From contig CAKOHV010000003.1 in assembly GCA_934086145.1 (NCBI GenBank), positions 13,451 through 77,450 on the forward strand: a DNA stretch of 64,000 bases. Reading direction: 5' to 3'. This document shows, piece after piece, positions 48,793 through 57,812 of this stretch. The stretch's first letter is position 1, and each line of letters opens with the position of its first letter. Position numbers and translations under genes: made by a program. The notes below the pieces were generated by a model, which saw only the letters and a list, made by a program, of their open reading frames with translations, did no database searches and was not told the DNA's origin. This DNA comes from an uncultured Bacilli bacterium (GTDB lineage: Bacteria; Bacillota_I; Bacilli_A; RF39; UBA660).

Positions 48793-48819
48793 AAAAAAAA
48801 GAGCTTTATGTAAGCTCTT
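48793..48819 (-). terminator. intrinsic terminator of the PilB-like gene
   Basis: AAGAGCTT / AAGCTCTT 8-bp stem with a 5-nt loop, followed by T8 on the minus strand. Confidence 0.7.
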
Positions 48820-50272
48820 AATAATCATCATCGTCGTCATCGTCATCGATATCATAATCAGTGTAGTTAAAGTCTGTACTAATATTACTGAAGGCTCCTT
48901 GATTGTAACTTAATTCATCATCAGTTGGAATATCGTAAGTAACACTATTTTCAGGAGTTGCATTAGCATCTGTTGAATCATATGAACCATTTTCATTTTC
49001 AGTATTATCACTAGTTGGATCATTATGTGGAATAGGTGTTTTACCCATTAAGGCCATACGTAATTCTTCATCGCCTTCACCGAAGTCAGTTTCAATATCA
49101 ATTATTCTAATAATTTCTTCAAAAGAAGTTAAACCATTAACGACTTTTTTAAGACCATCTTGTAATAAGGAGATGGTTTTATTGTCGCCATAAACCATTT
49201 TTCTTAGTTCCTCTTTAGGGGTATTATTGGTAATGGCATCTTTTATATCTTGATCTACCTCAAGTACTTCATGAACTGGGATACGACCACGATAGCCACC
49301 TAAACATTCTGGACAACCAACTGGGGCGTATAAATTATCGATATCAATGTTAATAGCTTTTTTGATAACCAATTTTTCATAATCAGTAGCTGGTCGAGAA
49401 CCACGACATTTAGGACATAATTTTTTAGCAAGTCTTTGTGAGATGATACCGGAAATAGCTGTACCTAGTAAGTAACGTTCGATATCCATATCCAAAAGTC
49501 TTTCGATAGTATTTAAAGCATTGTTGGTGTGGATGGTTGATACAACTAAGTGGCCGGTGATAGCGGAACGAACAGCGATACGAGCAGTTTCATCATCACG
49601 AATTTCACCGATCATGATAACGTCAGGGTCCTGACGAAGAATACTTCTTAGGGCACTAGCAAAGGTTAGACCGATTTCAGACATAACTTGAACTTGGTTT
49701 AGACCTTCGATTTTCATCTCGACGGGATCCTCAACTGTAATGATATTTAATTCTGGTTTATTTAAAGCTTGGAGCATTGCATATGTAGTAGTTGATTTAC
49801 CTGAACCAGTAGCACCAGTTGTAAGGATGATACCGTTGGGAAGACCAAGCATTCTTTTAACTTTTACAAGATTAACATCAGAAAAACCAATATTGTCAAT
49901 TCCTTGCAAACTTGTAGTATAGTCTAGAACACGAATAACGACTTTTTCGCCATCAACGATAGGAAGCGATGATACACGCATGTCCAATGGTTTACCATCT
50001 AATTCCGTTTTTATAGCACCATCTTGAGGTAAACGTGATTCAGTAATATTCATACCAGCAATAATCTTAATACGAGTAGTCATATTCTTTTTAACGACGT
50101 CTGGAACATAAGCATAGTCAACTAAGTCACCGTCGACTCTCATTCTTACCTTAAGTTTGTTGGGAGTTGGGTCAAAGTGAATATCGGAAGCACGATTCTT
50201 TACAGCATCAGCCATAATCTCATTAACAATTTCTACTATTGGTTGCGTATCATAATCAAATTCACGAAACAT
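48818..50272 (-). CDS. type II/IV secretion ATPase (GspE/PilB/ComGA family) with an acidic poly-Asp tail
   Basis: GGGAGTG SD before the ATG at 50272. Walker A GATGSGKST, Asp box, His box TGHLVVSTIHTN, tetracysteine CPKC...CPEC. C-terminus ...DYDIDDDDDDDDY. Confidence 0.85.
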   Translation of the reverse strand: MFREFDYDTQPIVEIVNEIMADAVKNRASDIHFDPTPNKLKVRMRVDGDLVDYAYVPDVVKKNMTTRIKIIAGMNITESRLPQDGAIKTELDGKPLDMRVSSLPIVDGEKVVIRVLDYTTSLQGIDNIGFSDVNLVKVKRMLGLPNGIILTTGATGSGKSTTTYAMLQALNKPELNIITVEDPVEMKIEGLNQVQVMSEIGLTFASALRSILRQDPDVIMIGEIRDDETARIAVRSAITGHLVVSTIHTNNALNTIERLLDMDIERYLLGTAISGIISQRLAKKLCPKCRGSRPATDYEKLVIKKAINIDIDNLYAPVGCPECLGGYRGRIPVHEVLEVDQDIKDAITNNTPKEELRKMVYGDNKTISLLQDGLKKVVNGLTSFEEIIRIIDIETDFGEGDEELRMALMGKTPIPHNDPTSDNTENENGSYDSTDANATPENSVTYDIPTDDELSYNQGAFSNISTDFNYTDYDIDDDDDDDDY

Positions 50273-50401
50273 TAAATTCACTCCCATCTTATTCTTTTAT
50301 AATTATACAACAAGTATTTTTTTTACTCAATGTTTTTTAGTGACTTTTAGTAAAATGGATTTAGGGTTGATTTTAAAATATGGTTGTTTTATAATACATT
50401 T

Positions 50402-50619
50402 AAATACGTTGAACAAGAGGAGTAAGCTATCGTATTTTTTAGAGAAGTCTTGGTTGGTGGAAAAGATTAAAGATGATAGGTGAAGGTAGCTTGGGAGTAG
50501 TATATCAGAAAAATGAGTAAGATATAATGTTGGTCGCATTAAGACATAGAGATAGTTCATAGCTATGAATTAAGGTGGTACCACGTTTTAGACGTCCTTA
50601 TGTAAGGAGGTCTTTTTTT
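50402..50619 (+). promoter_or_regulatory. T-box riboswitch leader (probably Val-specific)
   Basis: Promoter TTGATT 50367-50372, 17 nt, TATAAT 50390-50395. AGAGA box. T-box AATTAAGGTGGTACCACG near 50569-50585. Terminator AGACGTCCTT / AAGGAGGTCT plus T7 (50590-50619). Candidate specifier lies inside GAAGGUAG (GUA or GGU), unresolved by eye. Confidence 0.8.
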
Positions 50620-50639
50620 ATGGAAAGGAAGAGATATGA

Positions 50640-51356
50640 GTGAATTTAGAAGCAGCAAAAAACGAATTTAAAAAATATGTTGAACAATTTGCAATGGATA
50701 ATAGTAAGATTGTAAATAAATATGCTCATAGTTTACGGGTGATGGAAATAGCTAACCGCTTAGCTTTATCATCAAATTTTACTGAGGAAGAAATTCATCT
50801 TAGTAATTTGATTGGTTTATTACATGATATTGGTCGTTTTGAACAAGCCAGAGACTATGATACTTTTGTTGATGCTCTTTCCATAGATCATGGTGATTTA
50901 GGTTATGAATTATTAAAAAAAGGCTTGATAGAGAAGTTTACCCAGGATGAGGAAGAAAAAATATTAATATTAGTAAGCGTTAAAAATCATAATAAATTAA
51001 AAATAGAAGATGGTTTAACAGAAGAAGAAATTAAGTTTTGTAAGTTAATTAGAGATGCTGACAAAATTGATATTTTGGAAACACAAGGCTTAGAAATAGA
51101 TGAAGTAAGACCATTAAAGAAGATTTTATTAGATGATTTATATAGTGATAAGATATGTAAAAATGAAGATTGTGTCAATAAGACCGACACAATAGTTAAA
51201 ATGATTAGTTGGTTGGCTGATTTTAATTTTCCTTATTCATATCAGTATTTAAAAGAACACAATATTATGGAAGAAAAAATAAAGTTACTTGGTAATGTGG
51301 AAGGAATAAATGAATTGCACGATTATGTTAATAAAAAAATAGAGGAGAGATGTTAA
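50640..51356 (+). CDS. HD-domain phosphohydrolase
   Basis: GTG start with a GGAAAGGAAGAG SD. HSLRVMEIA ... LLHDIGRFEQ ... DHGDLG ... RDADKIDI. Its stop abuts the valS ATG. Confidence 0.7.
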   Translation: MNLEAAKNEFKKYVEQFAMDNSKIVNKYAHSLRVMEIANRLALSSNFTEEEIHLSNLIGLLHDIGRFEQARDYDTFVDALSIDHGDLGYELLKKGLIEKFTQDEEEKILILVSVKNHNKLKIEDGLTEEEIKFCKLIRDADKIDILETQGLEIDEVRPLKKILLDDLYSDKICKNEDCVNKTDTIVKMISWLADFNFPYSYQYLKEHNIMEEKIKLLGNVEGINELHDYVNKKIEERC

Positions 51357-53900
51357 ATGTTAGAAACTAAATATGATCATAAAAAAGTTGAAATAAATAA
51401 ATATGAAAATTGGAAAGAAAAAGGTTATTTTGAAGCAGGCGATAAAACTAAAGAGCCTTATAGTATTGTAATTCCACCGCCTAATGTTACAGGAAAGTTA
51501 CATATTGGTCATGCTTATGATGTTTCAATTCAAGATGCTATTATAAGATATAAAAGGATGATGGGCTTTGATACTTTATGGTTACCAGGAATGGATCATG
51601 CAGCTATTGCAACAGAGGCTAAAGTTGTTAAAAGATTAAAGGAACAAGGTATTGATAAGTATGAATATGGTCGAGATAAATTCTTAGAAGCTTGTTGGGA
51701 TTGGACTCATGAATTTGGGGGAAATATTAGAAGTCAATGGGCTGCTATGGGAATATCTGTTGATTATAATAGAGAATCATTTACTTTAGATGAAAATCTT
51801 ACTAAAGCAGTAAAAAAAGTATTCGTTGATTACTACAATAAGGGATTAATATATCGTGGAGAAAAGATAATTAACTGGGATCCTGCGGCACAAACAGCGC
51901 TTTCTAATGAAGAGGTTATTTTTTCTGAGGAAAAGAGTGCTTTTTATCATTTGAAATATAAAATTGAAGGTACGGAAGAATATTTGGATGTAGCAACAAC
52001 AAGACCAGAGACTTTATTTGGCGATACAGCGGTTGCCGTAAATGAAAATGATGAAAGATATAAAAAATATGTTGGTAAAAACGTTGAATTACCTTTAATG
52101 AATAAAGTTATTCCAATTATTACTGATGAACATGCTGATATGGAAAAAGGAACCGGTGTTGTTAAGATAACTCCAGCTCATGATCCTAATGATTTTGAAG
52201 TAGGTAATAGACATAATTTAGAACGTATTGTTATTATGAATGATGATGCCACAATGAATGAAAATTGCCCAGCGAAGTATGTTGGAATGACAAGAGAAGA
52301 GGCTCGCGAAGCGGTTTTAGAAGATTTAAAAGAAGCAGGTTTGTTACTTGAAATAGAGCCTTTAGTACATGAGGTAGGACATTCTGAACGTACCGGGGTT
52401 ATGGTAGAACCAATGATTAAGAAGCAATGGTTTGTTAAGATGGAAGGTTTAGCGAAGCTCGTTTTAGATACACAAGATAAAGATGAGGAAAAAGTTAATT
52501 TTGTTCCTGGTAAATTTGAAAATACCTTAAAAGCTTGGATGAGCGATTGTCATGATTGGTGTATTTCACGTCAATTATGGTGGGGACATCGAATTCCTGC
52601 TTGGTACAAAGGTGATGAAATATACGTAGGAATGGATGCACCAACTGAAGAAGGTTGGGTACAAGATAATGATGTTTTAGATACTTGGTTCTCTAGTGCT
52701 TTATGGCCATTTGCTACAATGGGGTGGCCGGATAAAACAGAAGATTTAGCAAGATATTTTCCTAACGATTGTTTAGTAACCGGTTATGATATTATCTTCT
52801 TCTGGGTTTCAAGAATGATGTTCCAATCTGAATACTTATTAGGTTCTCGTCCATTTAAAGATTGTATAATCCATGGTTTAATAAGAGATAAAGATGGTCG
52901 CAAGATGTCTAAATCTTTAGGTAATGGTGTTGATCCATTTGATATGATTGATAAGTATGGTTGTGATGCATTAAGATATTATTTGACGACAGATTGTGCC
53001 TTAGGGACAGATTTAAGATTTGATGAAGTTAAAATGACTTCAACTTGGAATTATATTAATAAAATTTGGAATGCTTCTAGATTTGTTTTATTAAATATTG
53101 AAGATTTAAAGGAATTATCTTTGGAAAATTTAACAAGTCAAGATAAATGGATTTTAACTAAGTATGAAAATATTGTTAAGACTTCAATTAAGCATATGGA
53201 TAATTATGAATTTAATATATTTGGAGCTGAAACATATAATTTTATATATGATGATTTTTGTAGTAATTATATTGAATTTGCTAAATTTAATAGTGAATCA
53301 AAAACAACTAAATCAGTATTATGTATGATTTTAACAGGTATTTTAAAAATGTTACATCCATTTATGCCATTTGTAACTGAAGAGATATATCAAATGTTAC
53401 CTATAAAAGATGCAGAATCAATTATGATAAGTGAATATCCTAAGTATAATGAAGAATATATTTTTAATGAAGATAAAGAATTGATTGATAAAGTTATTGA
53501 ATATATTTCTTTATTTAGAAATAAAAAGTTAGAGAATAATATTGGTAGTGATTTTGAAGTTGTAACTAATATTGATAATGAATTAATTTTAAAAATGTTA
53601 AAACTTGAAGATAAGAAAGTTGAAACTAGTACTTTAAAGGGAAGTGTTTTAGTATCTTTAGGTGATTTTGAATTAACTATTTATTATGATAATTCTAAAC
53701 AAAAGAGCGAAGAATTAGATAATTTATTAAAAGAAAAAGAAACATTAGAAAATAGTATTGCTCGACGTAGTAAGTTACTTGCTAATGAAAATTACGTTGC
53801 TAAAGCTCCCGAAAAAATAGTAACGGCAGAACGTGATAATTTGCAAAATGAACAAGATAAACTAGAAATTGTTTTAAAAAGATTAGAAGAAATAAAATAA
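51357..53900 (+). CDS. valS: valine--tRNA ligase
   Basis: Class I HIGH (TGKLHIGH) and KMSKS motifs, CP1 editing domain, C-terminal coiled coil. 847 aa. Confidence 0.97.
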   Translation: MLETKYDHKKVEINKYENWKEKGYFEAGDKTKEPYSIVIPPPNVTGKLHIGHAYDVSIQDAIIRYKRMMGFDTLWLPGMDHAAIATEAKVVKRLKEQGIDKYEYGRDKFLEACWDWTHEFGGNIRSQWAAMGISVDYNRESFTLDENLTKAVKKVFVDYYNKGLIYRGEKIINWDPAAQTALSNEEVIFSEEKSAFYHLKYKIEGTEEYLDVATTRPETLFGDTAVAVNENDERYKKYVGKNVELPLMNKVIPIITDEHADMEKGTGVVKITPAHDPNDFEVGNRHNLERIVIMNDDATMNENCPAKYVGMTREEAREAVLEDLKEAGLLLEIEPLVHEVGHSERTGVMVEPMIKKQWFVKMEGLAKLVLDTQDKDEEKVNFVPGKFENTLKAWMSDCHDWCISRQLWWGHRIPAWYKGDEIYVGMDAPTEEGWVQDNDVLDTWFSSALWPFATMGWPDKTEDLARYFPNDCLVTGYDIIFFWVSRMMFQSEYLLGSRPFKDCIIHGLIRDKDGRKMSKSLGNGVDPFDMIDKYGCDALRYYLTTDCALGTDLRFDEVKMTSTWNYINKIWNASRFVLLNIEDLKELSLENLTSQDKWILTKYENIVKTSIKHMDNYEFNIFGAETYNFIYDDFCSNYIEFAKFNSESKTTKSVLCMILTGILKMLHPFMPFVTEEIYQMLPIKDAESIMISEYPKYNEEYIFNEDKELIDKVIEYISLFRNKKLENNIGSDFEVVTNIDNELILKMLKLEDKKVETSTLKGSVLVSLGDFELTIYYDNSKQKSEELDNLLKEKETLENSIARRSKLLANENYVAKAPEKIVTAERDNLQNEQDKLEIVLKRLEEIK

Positions 53901-53985
53901 AAATATAAAAAAAGCTTTTTTAATAATTTTTAATGAATATTTAGTTCTTTTATAAGGTATAATCAAGTGAGAATTGAGGTTTATT

Positions 53986-54636
53986 ATGAATAATTTATTA
54001 AAAGGCTTTTTTATATTTTATTTAGGGTCATTGTTAGGATGTTTCTTGGAAGAAATATGGTGTTTTATTAGAAATAAAAAAATAGCAATTAGAAGAAGTA
54101 TGATTTATGAACCATTAATCCCCATATATGGTTTTGCGGCTTTTTTAATTGTGGTGGTTGCGGATAAAGTTGGTTATGAATCATTAAAGGTCTTTATTGC
54201 CGGAAGCATTATAGCTTCGTTAGTTGAATATTTTAGTAGTTTAATTCAAGAAAAGGTTTTTAAAACAAAATCTTGGGATTATTCGGCAATGCCTTTTAAC
54301 TTGCATGGAAGAATAAATCTCTTATATTCGGTAGCCTTTGGTCTTTTTGCAACGCTGTTTATTAAAAATTTGAAGGTAATCGCTACTTTAATTGTAAAGT
54401 ATGAAAAAATAGAAGTGACCTTAACTATAACCTTCCTTTTATTAATTATCTTTATCATCGACACTTTCTTATCATTGGTGGCTTGTTTACGTCAAACGAA
54501 ACGTCGTGAAAAAATACCGGCTCAAAATAAGTTTGAAAAATGGTTAGATAAAAAGTATCCAGATGAAATACTTGATAAAATTTATAATAATAGTGTTTGT
54601 GTAAAAAGTAAGAAAAATTTGAATATTAAGTTATAA
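53986..54636 (+). CDS. membrane protein of the 'putative ABC-transporter type IV' (DUF1113) family
   Basis: TGAGG SD before ATG 53986. Motifs EPLIPIYGFAAF and WDYSAMPFNLHGRINLLYS. Confidence 0.55.
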   Translation: MNNLLKGFFIFYLGSLLGCFLEEIWCFIRNKKIAIRRSMIYEPLIPIYGFAAFLIVVVADKVGYESLKVFIAGSIIASLVEYFSSLIQEKVFKTKSWDYSAMPFNLHGRINLLYSVAFGLFATLFIKNLKVIATLIVKYEKIEVTLTITFLLLIIFIIDTFLSLVACLRQTKRREKIPAQNKFEKWLDKKYPDEILDKIYNNSVCVKSKKNLNIKL

Positions 54637-54751
54637 TGTGGTAGGATAACTTCGTTCTTTTAAAAAGATTGTTAAAGTTAACTGACGGGCCATTCTTTAC
54701 TTATACATAAAAATATGGTACAATATAATTATTGTATTGGAAATGGTTATG

Positions 54752-54780
54752 AGAAGTTGATTTTACATCAACTTCTTTTT
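54752..54780 (+). terminator. intrinsic terminator (of the upstream gene, or of a short leader transcript)
   Basis: AGAAGTTGAT / ATCAACTTCT 10-bp stem with a 5-nt loop and T5. Confidence 0.65.
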
Positions 54781-54843
54781 AGCCTATTTTTATTTGAAAA
54801 ATAAGTTTTATTTATATGATTTTATGATAGAAAGGAAATTTGT

Positions 54844-55500
54844 ATGGATAATTATGCTGATGCTCAAGAGTTAGAAAAATTAGATAATATAATGATTAAG
54901 TATATTTCAGCTTTAAAAATTTTAGAAACACAAATTGAAATTATTAATGATGATTTTAAATATATTAAGAAATATAATCCTATAGAACATGTTAAAACAC
55001 GTATAAAAACGGCTGATAGTATCATTAATAAATTAAGAGAAGATCATTTAGATTTTACGATTGAAAATGTTATCAAGTATGTCAATGATATTATAGGTGT
55101 TAGAATCGTTTGTTCTTTTAAAGAAGACGTTTATGAAATTATTGATATTTTAAAAAAATCACAGAATATTAAAGTTATCAATGAAAAAGATTATATTAAT
55201 AAACCAAAAAGTAGTGGGTATAGAAGTTATCATATGATTGTAGAAGTACCAGTAGAATTAATTAATGAAAAAACTTTTGTTAAAGCCGAAATTCAAATAA
55301 GAACGTTAGCCATGGATTTATGGGCTAGCCTAGATCATAAACTTAGTTATAAATCAGAGTTTTGTACCGATGAAATTTATCGAAAATTATACCAAATGAG
55401 TGATGAATTAGATCAAGTTGATGATGAAATGAGTAATTTAATTGGGATGGAGAAGGAAATGGAGTCGTTAAAGATGGGAGAAACTAAAGATGAAAGATAA
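54844..55500 (+). CDS. small alarmone synthetase (RelA/SpoT-domain GTP pyrophosphokinase, RelQ/RelP type)
   Basis: AAAGGAAA SD. Motifs KTRIKTADSIINKL, DIIGVRIVCSF, GYRSYHMIV, EIQIRTLAMDLWASLDHKLSYK. Confidence 0.88.
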   Translation: MDNYADAQELEKLDNIMIKYISALKILETQIEIINDDFKYIKKYNPIEHVKTRIKTADSIINKLREDHLDFTIENVIKYVNDIIGVRIVCSFKEDVYEIIDILKKSQNIKVINEKDYINKPKSSGYRSYHMIVEVPVELINEKTFVKAEIQIRTLAMDLWASLDHKLSYKSEFCTDEIYRKLYQMSDELDQVDDEMSNLIGMEKEMESLKMGETKDER

Positions 55501-55660
55501 TATGTATTTATATATTAGAAATTTTAAAAAATTATTTTTAACAATTACCTTAGAAGAAGATAAAAAAAATCGCAAAAATAAGAAAGATAAAGTAAAAGTA
55601 TTAGCAAATAATAAATGTTAATCTTTGACCATGGTTATTTAAAGAAAGGAACCATACAAA

Positions 55661-56572
55661 ATGACAAAAAAAGAAGTGTTAGAAGAGTTTATAAAAAAAA
55701 GACCAGCAGTTGTAGGGGCTTATGGATATGGTTCAGGAGTTTTCTTACAAAGTAATTATAAGGGTAAAAAGCCACAAAATGATTTGATTTTAATAGTTGA
55801 TGATTTAAAAAAGTGGCATTTGGAAAATATTGCTATTAATAAAAAAGACTATAGTTTGATTGGAAAGATTTATTTAACAGCAGCTTGTAAAAAAAGAATT
55901 AAGGGTTTAAATAAAATTACTTATGTTAGTAATATTAAAAATAATGGTGAAGTTTTTAAATACGGTGTTATAGAAGAAAAAGATTTTATAAGAGGTTTAA
56001 GATCGTGGGAGAATGTTTTTATAGCAGGACGATTTCATAAACCAACTTTGAAATTCCAAAGTAATGAAAAACTAGAAAAAGCTATTTTAAAGGATCGTGA
56101 AGCAGCCTTCTTAATTGCTTGTCTATTATCACCATCTAAGACAAAATTGCGTGATTTGTATATGAGGTTGTGTGGTTTATCATATTATGGAGATACACGA
56201 ATGGCTTTTGCTGAGAATCCTCATAAGGTACAAAATATTGTTTGTGGTAATTTTGCCTACTTAGAGCAGATATATTCAGAAATTGGGCAAAAGTACTCTT
56301 TTTTGGTAAGAAAAGGCGACTATTTATTAATAAATCATGAAGCTATTTTAAAAAGAATAATTTTTCTGCCACCATCTTTAGTTCATTATTTTATGGAACA
56401 ACAGACTGATATTACTAATCTAGAAGAGGTTAGAAAGGCTATTTTAGAATTCTTTAAACAAAAAAATCATGAAGAAAGTCTTTATCAAACAGTTTCTTCT
56501 GTAAAAACAAATGGTCTTGTTCGAAGTGTTCCATATGCTTTAGCGAAAGTTTCAAAGAGATTTAAACGATAA
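55661..56572 (+). CDS. Tam41/Mmp37-like protein (putative CDP-diacylglycerol synthase of the mitochondrial type)
   Basis: From memory of the Tam41 family: AYGYGSGVFLQ, DLILIVDDLKKWHLENI, KYGVI, IAGRFHKP, LSYYGDTRMAFAENPHKVQNIV. Confidence 0.6.
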   Translation: MTKKEVLEEFIKKRPAVVGAYGYGSGVFLQSNYKGKKPQNDLILIVDDLKKWHLENIAINKKDYSLIGKIYLTAACKKRIKGLNKITYVSNIKNNGEVFKYGVIEEKDFIRGLRSWENVFIAGRFHKPTLKFQSNEKLEKAILKDREAAFLIACLLSPSKTKLRDLYMRLCGLSYYGDTRMAFAENPHKVQNIVCGNFAYLEQIYSEIGQKYSFLVRKGDYLLINHEAILKRIIFLPPSLVHYFMEQQTDITNLEEVRKAILEFFKQKNHEESLYQTVSSVKTNGLVRSVPYALAKVSKRFKR

Positions 56573-56688
56573 GTTTTTAAAACTTGTCGTTTTTAAAAGG
56601 AAAAAAGAAGTTCACAAATAATATATAGGGTGAAACTAATCGACATTTTTTGAAAAAATAATGTGTTATTTTGACTATGGTGATGGAA

Positions 56689-57123
56689 ATGAAGAAAGTA
56701 TTATTGTTTGGATTGTTTGCTTTGTTGATTGGTGGAGGATTATCCTTTTATTTTTTAAAGGACAAAATTAAGAAAGGAGAAAATACTGATATTGAATATT
56801 CTAAAGCGCAAGCCTTTCAAGTAGGAGTATTCTCAAATTATGATAACGCCTCAAGAGTTGCTTTGCGTAATAATGGCATAGTTGTAAATGATGGGGATGT
56901 ATATCGTGTGTATGTTGCTTTATTGACCGATGAGGAAGTTGTTAAAAAACTTGAAAGTTATTATAAAGAAATTGGTCTTAACTATTATCTTAAAGATATA
57001 ACGGTTAATAATAAATTTACAGAGAGTATAGATGCTTATGAAAGAATGTTATTAAAAAGCTCAAGTGAAACATATGGAGCAATTAATTTAGATATATTAC
57101 ATAAATATCAAGAAAGTTTATGA
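56689..57123 (+). CDS. membrane-anchored SPOR-domain protein
   Basis: GGTGATGGA SD before ATG 56689. N-terminal TM. SPOR-like FQVGVFSNYDNASRVA ... YRVYVALL. Confidence 0.55.
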   Translation: MKKVLLFGLFALLIGGGLSFYFLKDKIKKGENTDIEYSKAQAFQVGVFSNYDNASRVALRNNGIVVNDGDVYRVYVALLTDEEVVKKLESYYKEIGLNYYLKDITVNNKFTESIDAYERMLLKSSSETYGAINLDILHKYQESL

Positions 57124-57812
57124 GTTATTTAATAAAAGATTTACCAAGTAATGAAAAACCACGTGAACGATTAATGATGTATGGTGTAGCAGCTTTAAGT
57201 AATGAAGAACTATTAAGTATTCTTTTAAGGTGTGGTACTAAAAACAAAAGTGTTAAAGAGTTAAGTTTTGATATTTTAAAAAAGTATGATATCCATGATT
57301 TAGCTAATATAAATTATAAAACTTTGGCAGCAATTAAGGGAGTAGGTAATGCCAAGGCTTTAAGCATTTTAGCAGCTTTAGAACTGGGAAAAAGAAGTGT
57401 CAGTAAAAATAACTTAATATCCAAAATAAGAAGTTCAATGGATGCTTATGATGTTGTTCGTTATGAAATGGAAAATGAATTACAAGAAAAGATGATTTGC
57501 CTTTATTTAAATAATCGAAAAGAATTAATTCAGAAAAAGGTTCTCTTTATTGGAACAGTTAATCAAAGTAATGTCTATCCTAGAGATATATTTAGAGAAG
57601 CAGTTAAGAATAATGCAGCTTTTTTGATATTAGTGCATAATCATCCAGCCGGAAGTATTTTACCAAGTTATCAAGATACCATAATGACTATTGAAATGAT
57701 TAAAATTGGCCGGTTAATGGGAATTTTAGTATTAGATCATTTAATTATTGGACGAGATGGCTTTTATAGTTATTTAGAAAAACAAGGTGAACTATTTGAA
57801 AAAGAAAATTAA
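57120..57812 (+). CDS. radC: RadC-family (JAMM-type) protein
   Basis: N-terminal HhH (PRERLMMYGVAALSNEELLSILLRCG), JAMM motif HNHPAG, LDHLIIG. Confidence 0.88.
   Translation: MSYLIKDLPSNEKPRERLMMYGVAALSNEELLSILLRCGTKNKSVKELSFDILKKYDIHDLANINYKTLAAIKGVGNAKALSILAALELGKRSVSKNNLISKIRSSMDAYDVVRYEMENELQEKMICLYLNNRKELIQKKVLFIGTVNQSNVYPRDIFREAVKNNAAFLILVHNHPAGSILPSYQDTIMTIEMIKIGRLMGILVLDHLIIGRDGFYSYLEKQGELFEKEN

Noticed and set aside
55490-55621. 43-codon ORF (MKDNMYLYIRNFKKLFLTITLEEDKKNRKNKKDKVKVLANNKC) overlapping the 3' end of the alarmone synthetase gene.
   Set aside because: No SD. Lys/Asn-rich composition typical of random AT-rich frames. It overlaps the upstream stop region, and there is no supporting signal.
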